DNA of 34,585 nucleotides, taken from assembly GCA_048884965.1 (NCBI GenBank), contig JBHLQH010000035.1, forward strand, positions 1 through 34,585. Reading direction: 5' to 3'. This DNA comes from Candidatus Thorarchaeota archaeon. GTDB taxonomy: Archaea; Asgardarchaeota; Thorarchaeia; Thorarchaeales; Thorarchaeaceae. The notes beneath the pieces were generated by a model. It made no database searches, had not been told where the DNA came from, and was given only the letters and a program-made list of their open reading frames with translations. The stretch's first letter is position 1. Each line of letters opens with the position of its first letter. Below are positions 9,041-17,501 of this stretch, in pieces. Made by a program: the position numbers and the translations under genes.

Positions 9041-9604
9041 TTATTCTCGACATGCCTCACAGAGATATCGACCGTCCTCAAAGATCAGGTCTGTCGAATA
9101 CTCTCCGCAGCTGTCGCATGTCCCTCCATGTTCTATCAGTTCATCATCATCCAAATCTTCTGGCTCGTCATCCCCATTTCTTAGTCTGAGGGCTTCTACC
9201 AAGATATCGATGAGTTCTGGGGACCACTTGAGAATGTCCCGGGATGTAATTATACCAGCAAGTGAGTCGTTCTTCAAGACGACGACCCTCCGGATATTAC
9301 TTCTTGCCATTATCCGCATAGCTTCAGTCAGAGCTGTATTCGGACTTACATACACCAAAGGAGAGGTCATGATGTCCTTCGCACAGGTCTTCTTAACATC
9401 CTTCCCTTCTGCCACGACTCTTCTTACAATGTCCGATTCGGTGATGATACCTACAGGACTCTGTCCTTCTGTGACTACTATAGAGCCCAAGTCCATTTCA
9501 GACATAGACTTAGCGACATCAAGAACTGAGGCATCTGGTGGCATAGTAACCACATTGACAGACATAATGTCCTTCACAGCCATTGTATGAGTTGGTGTCG
9601 ACAT
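9041..9604 (-). CDS. CBS pair protein with C-terminal zinc ribbon
   Basis: VGIITESDI and AGIITSRDI; C-terminal CDSC...CEAC. Start trimmed to ATG 9604 to avoid overlap with rqcH. Confidence 0.88.
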   Translation of the reverse strand: MSTPTHTMAVKDIMSVNVVTMPPDASVLDVAKSMSEMDLGSIVVTEGQSPVGIITESDIVRRVVAEGKDVKKTCAKDIMTSPLVYVSPNTALTEAMRIMARSNIRRVVVLKNDSLAGIITSRDILKWSPELIDILVEALRLRNGDDEPEDLDDDELIEHGGTCDSCGEYSTDLIFEDGRYLCEACRE

Positions 9605-9689
9605 TTTTGTTCCCGTACCCTTGTGCGTTGATACGTCGTGAGCAACTCTGAGTTTGTTCTTAAGTGTGTCTGTAGATATCTGTTTCATT

Positions 9690-11732
9690 CTACTTAACCA
9701 ATCGTCCTCCACCGGGCGGCAGTACTCTCATAATGTCCTCCTGAGGTATCTGATCGATAAGGGATTGCTGCTCCTCTGGCAATGATCTACGTAGAGCGTT
9801 TATGATTTCCTTGACTAATTGCCCTTTCTTATCCTCCGATGGCTTAATCCTGACCTGGACATTACAATGGGTTTCTACTGCCGTAGAAGGTCCTGACATC
9901 GGTATCATATTATCATCTTCGAGAATGATACCTACTGCCAGCTCGACTGGGACATTGTTGATGTAGTTCTTATTTCCATACATCATCACTCCTCCAGAAG
10001 GAAGATACTCTCCAGAAGGCGGAGTGAAGCTGACCTGTTCTGGTGACAGCCAGTATGCATCACCACTTGACATTCCATCCTGCCAAGCTCTTGAGAAGGT
10101 TACTGCAAACTGAGCTGCTTCTTCCAGAGTCTTCTCGTCAGGAGGTTCATCTGGAACCTTCACAATGACATACGGTGCGCCATGGACGGATGCATGCAGA
10201 AAGATATCGTTGGCAGTCATATGCCGCTTGGCAAGTCTCTCATTGCTCTTTGCATCCCTTCCGCCCAAAATTAGGTATCCCTGCGATGAGATGAACCATC
10301 TGAACTTCTCATACCATCTCTTCTTTCTGACTCTCACTGGTGCCTTCTTCACCGTGGTAGTATCCAGACTATCCGCTTCAAGCTTGTCCATCTTCAATTT
10401 TGTCTTCTCGATCTGTTTCTTCGCACCTTCTATCTTTGAACGAGCTTTCTTGGAATAATCATAGGCTCGTGAAGCATTCTCTTGAGCACTCAATCTGATA
10501 TCAAGCGTGACTTCCACATCATGCAAGTCTACAACTATCTCACCTTGGCTCGGAGTAATCCTCGATATCAACAAGGCTGTAGCATTTCCTTGAGCTTTCC
10601 CATTTTCGATAATGTTGATAATTTCAGACCATGAACGACCATTCGTACGAGCAGTATTGATAGTATCCAAGACCTCTTGCACCGTTTGGAAGCTCGCATA
10701 GATCATCTCACCTCTGATTCGCTCATGCTCGCCTTTCTCTGCGAGTATATCAATTCCTTCCTGCTGTTTATCGATTATCTTCTGTAATCGGTTCTTTTCC
10801 TTGTCCAATGCACTTTGGGCAACTTCATCCTCAAGTTCTGTTTCAGACACTCCAAAATACTCGTCAATAGCTCTGCTAAACTGCTCAAAGGGTCTACAAT
10901 CCAGACTCTGGAAAATCTCGTGCTCAAATGGAATATAGGCCACAGGTTCCACTTCATAGCCACTCTCTATTTCCTCATTATCCTCTTCTTCAAGCTCGAG
11001 TTCCTCTACGATGCAGGGATTCGATATTCCATGTCTGACTTTTTGCACGAACTTTGTAACTCCTGCTTCAAGTTCCTTTAGTTCCTTCTCGCCAAGATCT
11101 TGGACCTTAAGGGTACCGGACATTCCTGCCAATGCACATATCTCTTCACAGCTCTGAGAATCCAAGTTCAAACGTGATGCAAGAGTCCTTACTATATTCG
11201 CATTAGAATCTGCGATAAGGTCCGCCAGTGAATAGTCATCATTTGTAAGAATATCCACACCTCTGGGAGGGGGAAACTCATACTTAGCCTTTGGAATCAG
11301 ATCCCTATCCTTCATTCGTCGATAGTGCATAGCCACAAAGATCGTGTCTTCAGGATCAAGCAACAAGAGATTGCCATTCCCAAAGAGCTCTGCTACAAGC
11401 TTATACGAGCTTTCTTCATCTCCAACCTCAATAACTACGATTCTATCCAATTCATGTTGTCTAATGGAATACACTTTCTTATCTCTGAGGTATTTCCGAA
11501 GCACTGCTGCGAACTTTGGTGGCACGCGAGGAGCAACTCGACGATAATCAGTGAAGTGTATCCTTTGTCCAAGCTGGATCAGGAGCTGAGATGTACCACC
11601 TGAAGGCAGGTATAGCTTGAGTACGAAGATGTCTCCATATTGATAGATGTTCTTGATGAATGCGCCTTCTACTGATTCTTTCAACTCAGGCATTATCATT
11701 CGTATATCGATGTTGCTCATTGCTGTCTTCAT
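9690..11732 (-). CDS. rqcH: Ribosome quality-control factor RqcH/Rqc2/NEMF homolog (NFACT family)
   Basis: MKTAMSNIDI start, ELDRI (DR motif), ELFGNGN, coiled coil, and NFACT-R motifs WYEKFRWF, GGRDAKSNE, FLHASVHGAP. Confidence 0.93.
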   Translation of the reverse strand: MKTAMSNIDIRMIMPELKESVEGAFIKNIYQYGDIFVLKLYLPSGGTSQLLIQLGQRIHFTDYRRVAPRVPPKFAAVLRKYLRDKKVYSIRQHELDRIVVIEVGDEESSYKLVAELFGNGNLLLLDPEDTIFVAMHYRRMKDRDLIPKAKYEFPPPRGVDILTNDDYSLADLIADSNANIVRTLASRLNLDSQSCEEICALAGMSGTLKVQDLGEKELKELEAGVTKFVQKVRHGISNPCIVEELELEEEDNEEIESGYEVEPVAYIPFEHEIFQSLDCRPFEQFSRAIDEYFGVSETELEDEVAQSALDKEKNRLQKIIDKQQEGIDILAEKGEHERIRGEMIYASFQTVQEVLDTINTARTNGRSWSEIINIIENGKAQGNATALLISRITPSQGEIVVDLHDVEVTLDIRLSAQENASRAYDYSKKARSKIEGAKKQIEKTKLKMDKLEADSLDTTTVKKAPVRVRKKRWYEKFRWFISSQGYLILGGRDAKSNERLAKRHMTANDIFLHASVHGAPYVIVKVPDEPPDEKTLEEAAQFAVTFSRAWQDGMSSGDAYWLSPEQVSFTPPSGEYLPSGGVMMYGNKNYINNVPVELAVGIILEDDNMIPMSGPSTAVETHCNVQVRIKPSEDKKGQLVKEIINALRRSLPEEQQSLIDQIPQEDIMRVLPPGGGRLVK

Positions 11733-11810
11733 GGCACATACCCCACAGACCGAGCGTTTTATAACATGTCGATTGCCGTCAAACACCTACATATGCTTTG
11801 GTGATGACTG

Positions 11811-12182
11811 ATGGAAGTGCTTCGTAATATCTTTCAACGAATGTTTGGCAAGTGGGCTTCAAAGCCAAATGACCAGCAGTACTACGTCAAGATTCTCTTC
11901 GCGCTTCTCAGCGGTATCATCTGTGCATTAGGAGGACAAGCATTCGCTGGGATTAGAGGTTTGATGTTTGGTCTTCTAATGTATGGCTTGACGCTCTACA
12001 TCATTGTCTACCTCTTGGAGATAGATCCTGAGGAGATAGGCGGTCGCCAGAAGCTCATTACAAATTCCCTGCCATCGTTCCTTTTGCTTTGGGTTGTACT
12101 ATGGACGATTCTCTATGGTTTCACATTGTCTCCTGAGATACTTGAGAACCTCTCGACTGGGTTCCTATCCAAGCTATTGTGA
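11811..12182 (+). CDS. EMC6/Rab5ip-like three-TM membrane protein
   Basis: YYVKILFALLSGIICAL...GLMFGLLMY...LITNSLPSFLLLWVVLWTILY matches the EMC6 pattern (N-terminal yyr...G..aG; C-terminal ftyvlfWTflY). Confidence 0.65.
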   Translation: MEVLRNIFQRMFGKWASKPNDQQYYVKILFALLSGIICALGGQAFAGIRGLMFGLLMYGLTLYIIVYLLEIDPEEIGGRQKLITNSLPSFLLLWVVLWTILYGFTLSPEILENLSTGFLSKLL

Positions 12183-12339
12183 TTTTCACACGTAAGGCTA
12201 TCTTCGGATTGATTTCATTCCGAATATTTGAAAGTAATCTCAAACACAAGGTCAGAACTCTTTGATTATCTCAATCAAACTCAAAATTATTGCGAATCAC
12301 ACAAGTTTTAATAATATCCAGTGTGTCTATACATCTATT

Positions 12340-12837
12340 ATGCCAAAAGCACTCGATGAACTGGACCGTCAACTTATTCGCATTCTCCAACGTGATGCGA
12401 GAACTCCATTCACGCATATCGCCTCAGAACTCAGTGAGAAAAGCGAGGAGAAGGTTCCTGATACGACGATCCATTTCAGGACGAAGAAATTGGTCAAGAA
12501 CAATGTTGTAAGCAGGTTTGCCGCATTGGTTCGCCCTGAAGCATTTGGCTATCATGTTGCTGCATTATTCAAGATTGAGATAGGAGGTCACATCCTACCT
12601 GATATCAGCAAAGAACGGACGACTACCTTTGCCGATGAGCTTGCTGAAAAGGACCACGTTCTGTGGGTGGCAATCGAGGAACCCAATACCATCCATACTA
12701 TCCTTTTGGCTGAAGATGAGGAGTCCATCAGGGATCTTCGTGATGGATTGAGCAAGTCGCCTGATGTTGTAAACATAGTACTGATCCCTCTTGCTACGAT
12801 GGTGAAAGGATGGGAATTGAGTGGGAACCCTGAATGA
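12340..12837 (+). CDS. Lrp/AsnC family transcriptional regulator
   Basis: LDELDRQLIRILQRDARTPFTHIASEL HTH and a C-terminal RAM-like domain. Start at ATG 12340. Confidence 0.9.
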   Translation: MPKALDELDRQLIRILQRDARTPFTHIASELSEKSEEKVPDTTIHFRTKKLVKNNVVSRFAALVRPEAFGYHVAALFKIEIGGHILPDISKERTTTFADELAEKDHVLWVAIEEPNTIHTILLAEDEESIRDLRDGLSKSPDVVNIVLIPLATMVKGWELSGNPE

Positions 12838-12850
12838 GGATTGATGATCA

Positions 12851-13582
12851 ATGGATAGACTTCAAACTGGTATTTCTGGTTTTGATTCCCTCATTGAAGG
12901 AGGTCTACCTCGGGGAACGACCACCTTAATCTCCGGTCCAACTGGGGCTGGCAAGACCATCTTTGCGCTTCAGTATCTCTATAATGGGGCGACCCAATTC
13001 GATGAGTCTGGCATCTATGTCACCCTAGAAACAAGGCCAAATGATCTGAGACAGGAAGCACTTCAGTTTGGATGGAACTTTTCTGAACTTGAGAAGAAGG
13101 GAAAATTAGCTATCATCGATGCGGCATCAAGTAAGGCACAACTCCCTACATCTGAGACCTACGCTCTAAAGCGGGGTTTTGATATGGAAGCTCTTGCTGA
13201 AATCATCTACAACGCCGTCGAAACATCAAAGGCCAAGCGACTCGTCTTAGATAGCATCTCCGGGCTCATGCTAAGATTCGGCGAGATTGCAGAGATACGC
13301 AGAGAACTCTATCGCATCAGCTCCTTTCTTAACGAACTGAAAGTGACATCTCTCTTCATTGGTGAAACTGATGATTCAGGGCTGCACAGTAGAATCGGCG
13401 TTGAACAATTCATCACACAAGGCTTTGTAGCATTCAGCATTTCTGAGATAGATGACCATCTTGAAAGAAGTCTACTCATTCGAAAAATGCGATTCACATC
13501 TCATAGTATGAAGCGCCATGGATTCGAGATTGGCAAAGCTGGTATCAAGGTCTCAAAGACGAGCGCAAAGACTTCAAAATAA
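12851..13582 (+). CDS. KaiC-like / RAD55 family single-domain RecA-fold ATPase
   Basis: TGISGFDSLIEGGLP, Walker A GPTGAGKT, Walker B LVLDSIS, and IRKMRFTSHS. Confidence 0.92.
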   Translation: MDRLQTGISGFDSLIEGGLPRGTTTLISGPTGAGKTIFALQYLYNGATQFDESGIYVTLETRPNDLRQEALQFGWNFSELEKKGKLAIIDAASSKAQLPTSETYALKRGFDMEALAEIIYNAVETSKAKRLVLDSISGLMLRFGEIAEIRRELYRISSFLNELKVTSLFIGETDDSGLHSRIGVEQFITQGFVAFSISEIDDHLERSLLIRKMRFTSHSMKRHGFEIGKAGIKVSKTSAKTSK

Positions 13583-13588
13583 CATGCT

Positions 13589-14074
13589 TCAGACAAAGGC
13601 AAGGACCTGAAGAATGAGATATCCACACAGAAGAAAAGGCATGAGAGGGGTCTTTTTGTGTTCATCTGCGGGCTTCCATCTGTAGGCAAGATACCCGAAC
13701 AGAAGCATGATCAGAACAGGAAATAGACTACCCAGAATTGATTCGAAAACAATGCTCTCGAATGAAGTAAATTCGACTCCTGGACTAGAGATTGCAATTA
13801 GTATCAGAGCCTTCGCATCCGCTCCTCCTATTGATTTCAGTCTGAACAAGCTATATCCTAGTATCACCGAAACTATGAACCCCCCAAGATGAAGAAATGG
13901 CATCTCCAAAAGGTGGTTCGTGAGCACCCCAATGACTAGTGCCACGGTGATCCCAAGCGCCATAATCTCGTTCGAGATTCTGCGGGTCCTGATGTCCAAG
14001 AGACTATAGAGTAGTAATACCAATGTTGTAAACGAGAAGGCAATCAATCCTGCTAGTGTCACTTCTAGAGACAT
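13589..14074 (-). CDS. Peptidase A24 (prepilin/prearchaellin peptidase-like, FlaK/PibD family)
   Basis: Multi-TM with both catalytic Asp motifs, LLDIRTRRISN and IGGADAKAL; C-terminal PLMPFL. Confidence 0.85.
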   Translation of the reverse strand: MSLEVTLAGLIAFSFTTLVLLLYSLLDIRTRRISNEIMALGITVALVIGVLTNHLLEMPFLHLGGFIVSVILGYSLFRLKSIGGADAKALILIAISSPGVEFTSFESIVFESILGSLFPVLIMLLFGYLAYRWKPADEHKKTPLMPFLLCGYLILQVLAFV

Positions 14075-14224
14075 GGTATTTCAATCACCTGTCTTGGTAT
14101 TCACTATTCAACCCCTCTAATAGGTATTGACGGCAAGACAGATTAAGGGCATCTTAACGTGAGAAGCCTGTGCGAGGGGTAGGTTCCGGACCCCCCGAGT
14201 TTCAAAATCATAGAAGTTGATAGA

Positions 14225-15112
14225 ATGAAGGATCCAGGAAATGTCATTCAGGATACGACCTACCGTCTTCTCAAGATGGCTGCAACAAAGCTTCCCAAGG
14301 ACGTAGAGGAAGCTATACGGACAGCACATGCTAATGAGGACAACGAAACAGCCAAGACCCAACTAGCGGCAATCTTGACCAATCTCGAAATTGCTGATGA
14401 GGGCATTCCGATGTGCCAAGATACTGGCATTATGATATTCTACATCAAAGTGGGTGATAAATTCCCATTCATTGGCGAGATCAAGGATGCTCTTGAGAGA
14501 GGTACAAGAAAGGCGACGGCTGAGGTGCCACTCAGACCCAATGCGGTCAACCCAATAGTTGGTGGGAACTCCGGTGATAACACTGGGAAGAAGATCCCAT
14601 GGATAAACTGGGAGATTGTTTCTGGAAATTCACTTGAGATTACCGCATTTCCAAAAGGTGGAGGAAGTGAGAATGTTAGCATCGTTGGTATGCTTAAACC
14701 AGGAGTGGGTCTTGCTGGCGTAAAGAAGCTCGTCGTAGACAACGCCATGAAATACATGGGTCAGGCCTGCTCTCCTAATATAATCGGAGTTGGCATTGGT
14801 GGCGGCGCTGATATCGCCATCAAGATCGCAAAGCAGCAACTCCAGAGGCCTCTGAACGACTCTCATCCTGAGCCAGAAGTGGCACAGATCGAGAAGGAGC
14901 TATTCGAAGCAATCAACTCCACAGAAATCGGACCGATGGGTCTGGGAGGGAAGACAACAGTTCTTGGAGTCAAGGTCGACTATGCTATGCGGCATCCTGC
15001 GAGCCTTCCTGTAGGCGTTGCAGTACAATGCTGGGCAGCGAGAAGGAGCACAGCTATCATCACGAAAGACCTAGAGGTCACATATGTTACACATCCGTTG
15101 GAGGGTCGCTAG
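14225..15112 (+). CDS. Class I (Fe-S) fumarate hydratase / tartrate dehydratase family, alpha subunit
   Basis: PMCQDTG, PLRPN, PKGGGSEN, ACSP, GPMGLGGKTT, HPASLPV..QCWA. Confidence 0.92.
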   Translation: MKDPGNVIQDTTYRLLKMAATKLPKDVEEAIRTAHANEDNETAKTQLAAILTNLEIADEGIPMCQDTGIMIFYIKVGDKFPFIGEIKDALERGTRKATAEVPLRPNAVNPIVGGNSGDNTGKKIPWINWEIVSGNSLEITAFPKGGGSENVSIVGMLKPGVGLAGVKKLVVDNAMKYMGQACSPNIIGVGIGGGADIAIKIAKQQLQRPLNDSHPEPEVAQIEKELFEAINSTEIGPMGLGGKTTVLGVKVDYAMRHPASLPVGVAVQCWAARRSTAIITKDLEVTYVTHPLEGR

Positions 15113-15113
15113 A

Positions 15114-15722
15114 ATGGCAGAATATCATCTCACAACACCAATCTCTGAGGAAGATGTGCGGAAGCTAAAGGTTGGCGATGTCGTCTACGTCAGTGGTGAG
15201 CATGTGTACACTGCTCGGGATGAAGCACATGAACGAGCATTACATATGTATGAGAAGGGCGAGAAGCCTCCCGTAGATTTTGAGGGAAGTGTCGTCTACC
15301 ATGTCGGTCCTGTAGCATGGCAAAAGGATGGGAAGTGGAAGATAGTTTCCGCAGGCCCAACAACTAGCTCAAGAATGGAGCTCTTCGAGGATGAGTTCCT
15401 TCGGAAATATAAGGCTCGAATCATCGTTGGAAAGGGTGGTATGGGTAAGAAGACTCTTGGAGCTCTGAAAGAAGTAGGTGCAGTCTATACCAGCTATACG
15501 GGCGGTTGCGGTGCATTAGCCGCAAAAGGCCTCAAGGAAGTTAGAGCCTATGAATGGCAGGACCTGGGAATGCCAGAAGCCCTCTGGGTCATAACAGCAG
15601 AGGAATTCGGTCCTCTACTGGTTACCATGGACTCTCATGGTGGTAGCCTTCATGAAGAGATGGACAAGCGTGTAGCCGAGAATAAGTCCAAGGTATATGC
15701 AAAGATTGGCATTACCGAATAG
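15114..15722 (+). CDS. Class I fumarate hydratase family, beta subunit
   Basis: YTARDEAH, YHVGP, AGPTTSSRM, IVGKGGMG, DLGMPEA, FGPLLVTMDSHG. Starts immediately after the alpha-subunit stop. Confidence 0.92.
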   Translation: MAEYHLTTPISEEDVRKLKVGDVVYVSGEHVYTARDEAHERALHMYEKGEKPPVDFEGSVVYHVGPVAWQKDGKWKIVSAGPTTSSRMELFEDEFLRKYKARIIVGKGGMGKKTLGALKEVGAVYTSYTGGCGALAAKGLKEVRAYEWQDLGMPEALWVITAEEFGPLLVTMDSHGGSLHEEMDKRVAENKSKVYAKIGITE

Positions 15723-15731
15723 AGTCCTATT

Positions 15732-15780
15732 AGAAGTCTCATGTCATCGAACTGGCATGAGCTTCTGTCATCTTTCTTTT
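15732..15780 (+). terminator. Imperfect hairpin plus pyrimidine tract between convergent genes
   Basis: AGAAG(T)CTCATGTCA-TCGAAC-TGGCATGAGCTTCT followed by TCTTTCTTTT. Confidence 0.45.
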
Positions 15781-16615
15781 AGCAAACTATCTTCTTGTTG
15801 ACCTTCATCCAACATCGTAGTGTTAGTATGAGAATTACTAGACCTACAACAACAGCTAGGATGAACAGTGAAGACTCCATTATGAATATCGCTGTGCATG
15901 GGATGAGAATCATCTCTGAGATGAGGAGATACTTAGTATATCTCCTGAGTTGCTTCATATCCCTACTCTCTTTCGGTGGATTTGGATAGTTCTGGAACTG
16001 ACAGAAGAGCTTCCAAGCTCTATCTATTGACCGTGAGATAACTGAATGGTATAGCTTCTGAATTGACAGAATGAAAACAGTTAGTGCCAGAATGAATGAT
16101 GTTGTGCCATCCAATAGGAATCCAAAGCCCCCCAGCAGGGGATTTCTGAGTATGAGAAAAGCACAGAGAATAACCACCGAGCTTCCAGTCAGGATTACGA
16201 AATTTACGCGACCGAACCAAGCTGAACCCGGGTTGAAGATCTTTCTATCATACACTAAGTCGACCTCTGGTTTGAGAACATCAGAGGTCTTCTTTGAGAT
16301 CCTCTCTCGTAGAACATCAATGATCTTCTGATACCATACATAGCTAGCGCGTTGGATGACTAGGGTTGAGATAGTGCCGATACTTATGAAGAAGGACACG
16401 ACTCCTACGACAAGATACAGGGAAACTGCTGCAGAGTCTGTCGATTGTTCACTTGCCAACGAGATTGCTGAGAAGAGAAGTGCGATCATTACCATATGGA
16501 TATTGAATGCCTGATAGGACTTATCAATAGCATGACGAAAATGATTCCAATGCTGATCATACTCCCCTTGCAAAGCTGAAAGTTCCCAGCGTATCATCGG
16601 TTGCTCTTCCGTCAA
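15779..16615 (-). CDS. Hypothetical multi-pass membrane protein (about 6 TM)
   Basis: Several hydrophobic helices. Probable TTG start at 16615 behind AGGAGAG, just after the upstream gene's stop. Confidence 0.7.
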   Translation of the reverse strand: MTEEQPMIRWELSALQGEYDQHWNHFRHAIDKSYQAFNIHMVMIALLFSAISLASEQSTDSAAVSLYLVVGVVSFFISIGTISTLVIQRASYVWYQKIIDVLRERISKKTSDVLKPEVDLVYDRKIFNPGSAWFGRVNFVILTGSSVVILCAFLILRNPLLGGFGFLLDGTTSFILALTVFILSIQKLYHSVISRSIDRAWKLFCQFQNYPNPPKESRDMKQLRRYTKYLLISEMILIPCTAIFIMESSLFILAVVVGLVILILTLRCWMKVNKKIVC

Positions 16616-16629
16616 TATACTCTCTCCTA

Positions 16630-17100
16630 TTATACGCGCTCTAATCCTGCCATATGGCCTATGAAGAATTTCCATGTTTCTGGTTCTTCACCTTTCTTTA
16701 GATACACGACCATAACAAAGGTCACATTCATTGTCACATTCGTACGTTCAATAACGAATCTAGAGCTATCTATGCGATTGGCTTCCTTCATCGCTTCATT
16801 GTAGTAGTGAATGCCATGACTGATCATGAGCAAGTCCCTCTCACGGATGATGAACCCGTTGAGATACGACAATCCTTTTTTCACGAGTGACAGGGTTTCT
16901 TCTTCTTGTTGCTTATCCAGCAATCTTTCAATCTCTCGACCTAGTTCTGTCATTTCCTCACTTGCTTGGCTCGGGAATACAGTGAAGTACGATTGGAGTA
17001 GCTGTAGTTGCACACAACCACTGCATAATTGCTCGTTGCCTTCTTTCCAGTTCGTTTCGGAGGATCTGTTTCCCCCACATCTATCACATTTTCTGGACAT
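16630..17100 (-). CDS. Hypothetical protein with N-terminal C4 zinc finger
   Basis: MSRKCDRC...LCSGC followed by a helical domain. Confidence 0.7.
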   Translation of the reverse strand: MSRKCDRCGGNRSSETNWKEGNEQLCSGCVQLQLLQSYFTVFPSQASEEMTELGREIERLLDKQQEEETLSLVKKGLSYLNGFIIRERDLLMISHGIHYYNEAMKEANRIDSSRFVIERTNVTMNVTFVMVVYLKKGEEPETWKFFIGHMAGLERV

Positions 17101-17179
17101 GGTGACAAACCATGATCGTGCCAATCAGAGAACATACTGAAATACTTTCATCTGCCCCTATCAATGATTCATACTAGCC

Positions 17180-17296
17180 TTACCCTACAAGAGATGTCAT
17201 CATCTGGAGCGTCATGCCATATGCGACCATCACTAAGAGCACAAAAATCACCATTGCAAGCATCAAATCTTCTTTGCCCATCACGACTAACCCCAT
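17180..17296 (-). CDS. Putative small single-pass membrane peptide (33-38 aa), not in the ORF track
   Basis: My translation: MGLVVMGKEDLMLAMVIFVLLVMVAYGMTLQMMTSLVG*. TATA-like TAAATA lies about 23 nt upstream of the second ATG (17281). Co-directional with the two downstream genes. Confidence 0.45.
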   Translation of the reverse strand: MGLVVMGKEDLMLAMVIFVLLVMVAYGMTLQMMTSLVG

Positions 17297-17501
17297 TGTT
17301 CAACTATTTACCGAGTCAAACACCAAGAATCCCTTCTCTTGAAACCTAAAAAATCCTATCTATTTCCGTATTTTTTCGCGCCAATCTGGAAGAGTGACTA
17401 CTTTTGGAGAGGTTCTTATGAAATGTCCCTGAACAGTAACTCCTAAAAGGAGGCCGAGTCCCGCGAGTCATAAGAGGAACAACTCCATTGGAGGACAGCT
17501 G

